Below, one piece after another: positions 36,959-43,620 of a DNA stretch of 43,620 nucleotides. Source of the DNA: an uncultured Candidatus Saccharibacteria bacterium (GTDB taxonomy: Bacteria; Patescibacteriota; Saccharimonadia; Saccharimonadales; Saccharimonadaceae); NCBI GenBank assembly GCA_965246075.1, contig CBDFCQ010000001.1:1-43620 (forward strand). The letters are read 5' to 3'. Below the pieces are notes generated by a model that was not told where the DNA came from, ran no database searches, and saw only the letters and a list, made by a program, of their open reading frames with translations. The position numbers and the translations under genes are program-made. Numbering within the stretch: position 1 is the first letter of the stretch; the number at the start of each line of letters is the position of its first letter.

Positions 36959-39900
36959 ATGACTGGGGGAAATAGCGGACAATCTTCGCCGGCGGCTTTG
37001 AAGCCGTCTGATTTCGTACACCTGCATAACCACACTTTTCATTCGGTGCTGGATGGCTTGACTAAAATCAATGATTTGGTTGATAAGGTCAAGGAATTCG
37101 GTATGGAGGCGGCAGCAGTAACCGACCACGGTACGATGAGTGGTATCCTCGACTATTATAAGACTGCCAAAAATGCTGGCATTAAGCCAATTCTCGGCAT
37201 CGAGACATATGTAGCGGCGCGTTCACGCTTTGACCGCGACCCAGCCAAGGACAAGCAGCGCTTTCACTTGACGGTACTAGCAATGAACAACACCGGCTTT
37301 CATAATCTGATGAAGCTATCGACGCAGGCTAATCTGGAGGGTATGTACTATAAGCCGCGGACTGATCATGATTTATTAGAAGAGCTGAACGAGGGTTTAA
37401 TTGTACTGAGTGGCTGTGCTAGTGGTGAAATTGGTGTGGCACTTAGAGATGATGATTATGATCGAGCGCGAGATATTGCCAAATGGTACAAATCAGTCTT
37501 TGGTGATAGGTATTATCTCGAGTTGCAAGATCATGGCCATCCGAAATCAAATACGCACTGGGACGTTCAGGCAAAAATCAATGAGGGCTTGATTAAGCTG
37601 TCCAAGGAGCTGGATATCGAGATGGTGGTGACTTGCGATGGGCACTACTTGACTCATGATCATCAGGACGCGCACGAAATCTTGCTATGTGTCGGTACCG
37701 GTTCGTACTTGAGCGATGAAAAGCGTATGAGTCTGAAAGATTTTGAGCTGCATTTGACTGACCCACGGGATATTATTGATCATTGGGGTGAGGAATATCC
37801 TGAAGTAGTGCTTAATACGAAAAAGGTAGCGGATCGCTGTGATGTTGAGATTGAGCTGGGTCGTATTCTTATTCCTAAGTATCCGCTTCCTGAAGGTGAG
37901 AATGAGCACTCGTATCTGTTGAGGTTGACCTACCAGGGTTTATTGCAGCGCTATAACGGCGCCTCGAAAGAAGAGGCTGAGAAATTAGACCCTGATGACA
38001 TTATCCCGCAGTTATCTGACGAAGTTCGCCAGCGCGCCGAGATGGAATTGGGTGTGATGGGGAAGATGGGCTATGAGGGGTATTTCCTAATTGTCCAGGA
38101 TTTTATCAACTGGGGTAAATCTAAAGGGATCGTTTTTGGTCCGGGCCGGGGTAGCGCTGCAGGATCAATTATTGCCTACGCACTGAACATTACCGACCTC
38201 GATCCCTTGAAGTACGGTCTGCTATTTGAACGTTTCCTTAATCCGGATCGTATTTCCATGCCGGATATCGACGTCGATATTCAAGACACCCGACGTGACG
38301 AAGTGATTGAGTATTGTGCCAAAAAATACGGCGAAGACCACGTTAGTAATATCGCTACCTTTGGTAAGATGTTCGGCCGCATGGCGGTTCGTGATGTCGC
38401 CAGGGTGCTGGAGGTGCCGTATGCCGAGAGCGACCGCTTGGCAAAGCTGGTGCCGCCGCCAAACCAAGGTCGTCATATTCCATTGTCGGTGAGTATCAAA
38501 GAAGATGTAGATTTGCGCCGTGAGTACGAGAATAATCCTACTGCTAAAGAAGTGCTGGATTATGCTATCCAGCTCGAGGGCACGATTCGTAGTCACGGCG
38601 TTCATGCCTGTGGCGTGGTGATCGCACCGGATACGCTGGTTAATTATATTCCGCTAGAAATGGCGCAAAAAGGCGTGGTGGCTACTCAATTCCCGATGGG
38701 CGAAGTCGAGGAATTGGGCCTGCTGAAGATGGACTTTTTGGGGCTTTCGAACTTGACGATTATTAACAACGCCATGCGGATTATCCGAAAAGCTTATAAT
38801 ACAGAGATTAATCTTTCGCAGCTGCCGCTTGACGATAAGAAGACCTATGAACTATTCCAGCGCGGTGATACAACCGGAGTATTCCAGTTGGAGTCGGCGG
38901 GGATGAAGCGGTATTTGCGTGGACTAAAGCCGACTACATTTGAGGATATCATCGCTATGGTGGCACTGTATCGTCCGGGCCCGATGCAGTTTATTGACAG
39001 TTTTATTCGGCGCAAACACGGCGAAGAAGAAATAACTTATTTGCATCCTGGAATGAAAAACTCACTAAAAAATACTTACGGAATTTTGGTTTACCAAGAG
39101 CAATTTATGCAGATTTCTAAAGAATGGTGCGGTTTTACCGGAGGTCAGGCTGATACGCTGCGTAAAGCTGTCGGTAAGAAAAAGATTGACTTGATGAAAA
39201 AAGTTAAGCCTGAATTTGTTGAAGGTGCGGTTAAGGTTGGTGGCGCGACTAAGGAAATTGCGGAAACGTTTTGGACGCAGCTGGAGGAGTTTGCTAACTA
39301 TTGTTTCAATAAATCGCACGCTGCTTGTTATGGTTTAATAGCCTACTGGACGGCATATTTGAAGGCGCATTATCCTGACGCATTTATGGCGGCACTGATG
39401 ACCAGTGATCATGACGATACGGATCGTTTGGCGATTGAAATCACTGAATGTAAGCATATGGGGATTGATGTGCTCAGTCCGGATGTTAATGAGTCATTCG
39501 TTGAATTTGCGGTGGTGCCTAATGAGAATAAAATTCGCTTCGGTATGTCAGCGGTGAAGGGTGTCGGTGTTGGTGCGGTTGAGGAAGTCTTGCGGGCGCG
39601 CAAGGAAGGCGCGTTCTTGTCGGTGGAAGATTTCGCCAAGCGTGTTTCGACCAGCAAGTTTAATCGTAAGGCTTGGGAATCTCTTATTAAATCTGGTGCC
39701 TTTGATGATATGGGCGATCGGTCGGATTTGCTATTCAATCTGGAATCCATCACGGCATTTGCCTCTAAGCTTCAAAAAGAAGCTGCCAGTGGCCAGACTA
39801 ATTTGTTCGGCATGTTGGGTGATGATGTGGCAAGCGTTCAGTCGATACTCAGTCTACAGAAAGCGCCAGTAAAGCATGATGATAAAGAACGTTTGATGTG

Positions 39901-40696
39901 GGAGCGGGAACTGCTGGGGCTGTATATTTCGGCACACCCGCTTGATAGATACGAGACTTATCTAAGCGAGCAAACTCAGCCGTTGACGCAATTGGTTCCG
40001 GAGTATGACAGCCGAATGATGACGGTCGGCGGAATTATTAGTACAGTTCGGACAATTGTGACGAAGAGTGGCTCGAAGATGGCGTTTGTGGGAATTGAGG
40101 ATAAATTTGGTGAGGGTGAAATAATTGTCTTTCCGAATTTGTATGAAAAAGTTGGCGCTAAGTTGCTTCAGGACACGGTAATTCGAGTTTCTGGTAAAAA
40201 CTCAGCGCGAGATCGTGATGGAAATTTGGGTAGCGAAAGTAAACTCATTGCTGATGACATTATCGCGATTACAGACAATGATATTAATGGCTATGAGTCA
40301 ACTGGTCGTAAGATGGACGCTCCAAAGGTTAGTTCTGCGGTTAAGAAAGAGCGCCGTGAAGCTTATCGTAATCAGAAAAATGGAGCTTCTCCGAAGTCTG
40401 CCGTAAAGAATGACGCCGCCAAATCTCAGCCAAAAACTCAGCCGGCGCCGGTTAACGTTGCTCCAGAAATTACTACTTCCAAGTTATTTGTGTATATTAA
40501 AGATCCGAATGATCATCCACGGTTAGTGAAGATGAAGTCTGTTTGCGGTGATTATGCCGGCACGACTGACGTGGTTTTGGTTCTGGGTGAAAAGGAAAAA
40601 TCAGCCATGCGCCTGCCGTTTAAGGTGGACGCTAATGACAATTTATTAAGCCAATTAAAAAACACTCTGGGTGAAGAGTGTGTAATTCTAAAGTGA
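36959..40696 (+). CDS. dnaE: DNA polymerase III alpha subunit
   Basis: PHP domain (FVHLHNHT, TDHG), GRGSAAGS, MPDIDVD, FNKSHA and an OB fold. Confidence 0.98.
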   Translation: MTGGNSGQSSPAALKPSDFVHLHNHTFHSVLDGLTKINDLVDKVKEFGMEAAAVTDHGTMSGILDYYKTAKNAGIKPILGIETYVAARSRFDRDPAKDKQRFHLTVLAMNNTGFHNLMKLSTQANLEGMYYKPRTDHDLLEELNEGLIVLSGCASGEIGVALRDDDYDRARDIAKWYKSVFGDRYYLELQDHGHPKSNTHWDVQAKINEGLIKLSKELDIEMVVTCDGHYLTHDHQDAHEILLCVGTGSYLSDEKRMSLKDFELHLTDPRDIIDHWGEEYPEVVLNTKKVADRCDVEIELGRILIPKYPLPEGENEHSYLLRLTYQGLLQRYNGASKEEAEKLDPDDIIPQLSDEVRQRAEMELGVMGKMGYEGYFLIVQDFINWGKSKGIVFGPGRGSAAGSIIAYALNITDLDPLKYGLLFERFLNPDRISMPDIDVDIQDTRRDEVIEYCAKKYGEDHVSNIATFGKMFGRMAVRDVARVLEVPYAESDRLAKLVPPPNQGRHIPLSVSIKEDVDLRREYENNPTAKEVLDYAIQLEGTIRSHGVHACGVVIAPDTLVNYIPLEMAQKGVVATQFPMGEVEELGLLKMDFLGLSNLTIINNAMRIIRKAYNTEINLSQLPLDDKKTYELFQRGDTTGVFQLESAGMKRYLRGLKPTTFEDIIAMVALYRPGPMQFIDSFIRRKHGEEEITYLHPGMKNSLKNTYGILVYQEQFMQISKEWCGFTGGQADTLRKAVGKKKIDLMKKVKPEFVEGAVKVGGATKEIAETFWTQLEEFANYCFNKSHAACYGLIAYWTAYLKAHYPDAFMAALMTSDHDDTDRLAIEITECKHMGIDVLSPDVNESFVEFAVVPNENKIRFGMSAVKGVGVGAVEEVLRARKEGAFLSVEDFAKRVSTSKFNRKAWESLIKSGAFDDMGDRSDLLFNLESITAFASKLQKEAASGQTNLFGMLGDDVASVQSILSLQKAPVKHDDKERLMWERELLGLYISAHPLDRYETYLSEQTQPLTQLVPEYDSRMMTVGGIISTVRTIVTKSGSKMAFVGIEDKFGEGEIIVFPNLYEKVGAKLLQDTVIRVSGKNSARDRDGNLGSESKLIADDIIAITDNDINGYESTGRKMDAPKVSSAVKKERREAYRNQKNGASPKSAVKNDAAKSQPKTQPAPVNVAPEITTSKLFVYIKDPNDHPRLVKMKSVCGDYAGTTDVVLVLGEKEKSAMRLPFKVDANDNLLSQLKNTLGEECVILK

Positions 40697-40756
40697 TAGT
40701 TAGCCCGCTGACAGAGGCCTCAGCCGGAGCTGGTTGCTCTACGGCGGGCTAACTAT
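40696..40756. terminator. 13-bp hairpin between convergent dnaE and unit 4
   Basis: ATAGTTAGCCCGC (40696-40708) / GCGGGCTAACTAT (40744-40756). Confidence 0.65.
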
Positions 40757-40763
40757 ACTACTG

Positions 40764-41051
40764 TCAGCGGGACTTATTGCCCCATGTTAGCTTGCTGCTA
40801 CGTCTGTTTATACGTGCCAATGAGCACGTAACGAACAGTGTGGCAGTCGCTGTAAAAACTGCCGCTGATATTGACCAGGGCAATATCGGTAGCAGAACTA
40901 CCATATAGGCAGCGATCTCCAGTACAATTACCGTCGCTGCTATCACAGCCAGGATTGATGGCATGATTCCCGACATTTTGTCGTGGTGTAGCGACCATGC
41001 GGTTAGATACATGATCGCTGCGGTCGTGATAACCATAGCAATGTCCATCAT
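40764..41051 (-). CDS. Small three-TM membrane protein, 95 aa (unit 4)
   Basis: ATG 41051 follows AGAGGA. Three hydrophobic segments and a basic tail (RINRRSSK...KSR). Confidence 0.6.
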   Translation of the reverse strand: MMDIAMVITTAAIMYLTAWSLHHDKMSGIMPSILAVIAATVIVLEIAAYMVVLLPILPWSISAAVFTATATLFVTCSLARINRRSSKLTWGNKSR

Positions 41052-41056
41052 TTTGC

Positions 41057-41140
41057 TTCCTCTCATGTAGGGAACTGCCTTCTCCGGGGGATTCCGAAGA
41101 AAGCTTTTATAAATATAACACATATGCTTAATAAAGTCAA
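41057..41140 (-). promoter_or_regulatory. Promoter and structured leader of unit 4
   Basis: TTGACT (41140-41135), 17 bp ending in TGT, TATATT. Then an AGCTTT start, the hairpin GCTTTCTTCGG/CCGGAGAAGGC, and the SD hairpin TTCC...GGAA. Confidence 0.65.
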
Positions 41141-41171
41141 TAAGGTAAGCTGGAATCAGTATGCGAGGTGG

Positions 41172-41732
41172 TTATTTTAATCTGGGAAAGATTAGTCCAA
41201 ATAGCGCAATTCCCGTTGCTACCGACACGTTAAATGATTCTTTCTGTCCAAACATTGGAATTTCCACGGTAAATTCACAACCATCCAGAAGTTCTGGTGC
41301 GATACCGTGAACTTCCTCGCCGAGCAGTAGTGCGAATTTTTCAGGCGGCTGAAATTCTGGCAACATCACACTGTCTTTTGATTGCTCCAGCGCGATAATT
41401 GGCAAGTTTTCTGTTCGTTGATTTTCTTTAATCCAATCATCAATATCCTCGTAAAACTCAAACGGCACCAAACTTTCCGCGCCTAAGGCTGTTTTATGAA
41501 TTTGGCTGGTGATTTTTTCACGAATGTGCGGCAGGCGAGTGTCGTTATGCCGAATTTCTCCGTCAATAAGCGCGCAGCTAGGCGCCTCGCTACATAAGCT
41601 CAAATCCGGATACGGTGTATAGCCACTAAGAATAATCTTCTTCACACCAAATCCCTCGGCTGTGCGAAAAATTGCCCCAACATTATGCGTTGAGCGAATA
41701 TTGTGAACCAATAGCGTGATTTCTGGGTGCAT
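41172..41732 (-). CDS. TrmH/SpoU-family RNA methyltransferase
   Basis: NIRSTHNVGAIFRTA, LLGEEVHGI and IPMFGQKESFNVSVA. Confidence 0.92.
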   Translation of the reverse strand: MHPEITLLVHNIRSTHNVGAIFRTAEGFGVKKIILSGYTPYPDLSLCSEAPSCALIDGEIRHNDTRLPHIREKITSQIHKTALGAESLVPFEFYEDIDDWIKENQRTENLPIIALEQSKDSVMLPEFQPPEKFALLLGEEVHGIAPELLDGCEFTVEIPMFGQKESFNVSVATGIALFGLIFPRLK

Positions 41733-41783
41733 ATGACTATTATATCACTCGTCAAACCGTAAGCTTTTTGCTATAATTCTCAT

Positions 41784-43406
41784 ATGGACGAAGATAAAAT
41801 TCAGGCGCGCCGCCGCGAGCAGGATGAGGAAGCGACTCGTCGCCGAGCGTCAATTTTAGGACTTCAATATCTGGATGGGCGGGAATTTGAAGACACTCTG
41901 CCTCTACTTAAAGACGTTTTGACAATTGAAGAAATGTATAAGGGCCGGTTGGTGCCGCTGGCGTTTAATGAGGAGGACCAGTCTTACCGGTTTGGTGTTA
42001 CTTCGCAGACGTCTGAGTCGTTAATGAAGCAGATGCGAGATAAATATACGGAGAGTGGCAAGCGAATATTCTTCTTTCTTATTTCCGGTTCGGCGTTTCG
42101 GTCAATTATGCTCAGGTTTGATCCACCAAAGAGAGTTATTTATGATAATATCGAGATTGCCAAAGACGGCGACAGTGATACGTTGGCGCAGGTTACTCAG
42201 ACTTTAGCGTCTGTGGGCACAAATGACGTGTTCAATTATCTAGTTGACCAGGCAGACCTGCTGGGTGCGTCGGATATTCATATTGAAAACCAGCGTGAGT
42301 CAATTCGAATTCGGATGCGTGTTGATGGAGCGCTACATACTGTGGCGGAGCTGAGTCGAGATCGTTATCGGGTGATTATGGCGACATTAGCCTCGCGAGC
42401 AAATATTTCTACTGCCTCCAGAGAGCCGCAGTCGGGTCATATGCAACAGGAAATTCATCGAGACGGAGTGTCTCATGTGCTGAATTTGCGCGTGGAGGCG
42501 GTGGCGACAGTTTATGGATTAGACATTGTTCTGCGCCTATTTAACTTTGATGAGTCGATGCTTAATCTGGATCTTTTAAATATATCAAAGAAAGAACGTG
42601 ATCAGATTGATGAGGTTATTTCTCATCCGCGCGGCATGTTGTTGATGGTCGGTCCGACTGGCTCGGGAAAATCGACGACGCTATATAGTATTTTGAATGC
42701 CTTAAACACGCCAGATAGAAAGATTATCACTTTGGAAGACCCGGTAGAAAATACAATTCCGGGAATTACACAGATTCCAATTGATACAACAACTGGCCAG
42801 AGGTTCGCTGATGGGCTGCGTAGTGTTTTGCGTCTTGATCCAGATGTGGTGATGGTTGGTGAGATTCGCGATAACGAGACTGCTAAGACGGCAATCCAAG
42901 CGTCGATTACTGGTCACTTGGTGCTATCTAGCTTTCATGCCAACTCTACTGCGGCGGCGTTTAGTAGGATGATTGATATGATTGGGCAGAATCCAATTTT
43001 TAGCTCGGCGGTACGGCTGGTGATTGCGCAGCGGCTGGTCAGGAGATTATGGGACGAGAGTAAGGAAGAATATGAGCCAGACGAGGCGACGCGCAAATGG
43101 GTGAAAGAAGTTCTTAAGGATTTGCCAGAGGGTGTTGATTGTCCAAATTTGGATACGTTCAAACTGTGGCGCGCCGTGCCGACGGATGACGTACCATTTG
43201 GCTATAAGGGGCGTATTCCGGTGATGGAGCAGCTGGTGGTGAGTGAGAATATCCAGAAGTTTCTGCGTGGCGATGTTAACGACGTGCATGCGGGCGCAAT
43301 CGAGGAGGCCGCGAAGAAGGATGGTATGGTGACGCTGCTGCAGGCTGGAGTCTTGGCGGCTCTTCGTGGCGAGACGACGCTGGATGAAGTCAACAGGGTA
43401 ATATAA
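41784..43406 (+). CDS. pilB: GspE/PilB-family pilus assembly ATPase
   Basis: ASDIHIE, RVDG, GPTGSGKST, EDPVE, LRLDPDVVMVGEIRD, TGHLVLSSFH and GYKGR. Confidence 0.9.
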   Translation: MDEDKIQARRREQDEEATRRRASILGLQYLDGREFEDTLPLLKDVLTIEEMYKGRLVPLAFNEEDQSYRFGVTSQTSESLMKQMRDKYTESGKRIFFFLISGSAFRSIMLRFDPPKRVIYDNIEIAKDGDSDTLAQVTQTLASVGTNDVFNYLVDQADLLGASDIHIENQRESIRIRMRVDGALHTVAELSRDRYRVIMATLASRANISTASREPQSGHMQQEIHRDGVSHVLNLRVEAVATVYGLDIVLRLFNFDESMLNLDLLNISKKERDQIDEVISHPRGMLLMVGPTGSGKSTTLYSILNALNTPDRKIITLEDPVENTIPGITQIPIDTTTGQRFADGLRSVLRLDPDVVMVGEIRDNETAKTAIQASITGHLVLSSFHANSTAAAFSRMIDMIGQNPIFSSAVRLVIAQRLVRRLWDESKEEYEPDEATRKWVKEVLKDLPEGVDCPNLDTFKLWRAVPTDDVPFGYKGRIPVMEQLVVSENIQKFLRGDVNDVHAGAIEEAAKKDGMVTLLQAGVLAALRGETTLDEVNRVI

Positions 43407-43443
43407 TTGACTTTATATCCATAAACTGATAAAATATTAGTTT

Positions 43444-43620
43444 ATGAGCGAAAGACAACGGGATGGTTATGTTGTTAAAGGTGAACTACCTTATACAGAA
43501 GATCTGAATAAAAACTACATAAGTCAAATTATAGATTATGTAAAGCTTATTATTGAGCATGTACCGTTTCTTGTTGAAGGTGAGGAGTTGCGCGGTGAAT
43601 ATCAAGAATCTTATGAGAAG
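43444..43620 (+). CDS. Hypothetical protein, 3' partial
   Basis: Open from ATG 43444 to the window end (MSERQRDGYVVKGELPY...). Preceded by TTGACT-17-TAAAAT (43407-43435). Confidence 0.55.
   Translation, partial: MSERQRDGYVVKGELPYTEDLNKNYISQIIDYVKLIIEHVPFLVEGEELRGEYQESYEK

Noticed and set aside
14030..40406. Many short alternative-frame and antisense ORFs inside pheT, uvrB, gatAB, dnaE and others
   Set aside because: They are fully nested in well-supported genes, with no motifs or initiation signals, as expected for shadow ORFs.
36959..40696. Possible intein in DnaE
   Set aside because: Length and motif order are normal, with no splice-junction or LAGLIDADG motifs. The extra length is a K/P/A-rich C-terminal linker.
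8408..41140. Small-ORF units as integron cassettes, IS elements or MITEs
   Set aside because: I found no attC core sites, terminal inverted repeats, target duplications, integrase or transposase. The units are dispersed and carry their own promoters. Mobility is unproven.
1..43620. CRISPR arrays, tRNA/rRNA genes, prophage or transposase genes
   Set aside because: No regularly spaced repeats, cloverleaf or rRNA-like segments, or mobile-element proteins were seen. Intergenic gaps are short and accounted for.

Overview
This window is most likely a chromosomal segment of a Saccharibacteria (TM7, CPR) bacterium. That is inferred from gene content and order, a short Rel protein, a Cys-less PilB-type ATPase and widespread leaderless gene starts. 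Bases 1-13.9 kb are accessory. They hold an RclA-like flavoprotein, a HIT protein, a hydrolase, and a Streptococcus-like VncRS two-component system separated by about 4.7 kb from a vex3-vex1-vex2-like ABC transporter. They also hold several nucleotide house-cleaning genes (2 Ham1, 2 Nudix, CYTH, ASCH, AlkD-like) and a DUF421 pseudogene. The rest is core: pheT, FKBP, trxB, ppa, rel (interrupted by an in-frame TAG), gap-rpiB-rpe-tkt-fba-pfkB, LOG, uvrB, gatCAB with an embedded HEPN-motif membrane protein, galU, dnaE, a TrmH-family methyltransferase and pilB. The most unusual signal is a dispersed family of four self-contained minus-strand expression units at about 8.4-8.8, 21.4-21.8, 24.8-25.2 and 40.7-41.1 kb. 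Each has a TTGAC-N17 / TGn-TA promoter, a leader beginning (A/G)CTTT, a structured 5' leader, a Shine-Dalgarno hidden in a hairpin, an unrelated 65-95 aa ORF and a GC-rich 3' hairpin. Two of the leaders share a stem-loop with compensatory changes. No tRNA, rRNA, CRISPR, IS or integrase was seen. All family assignments come from recognising motifs by eye, not from database searches.
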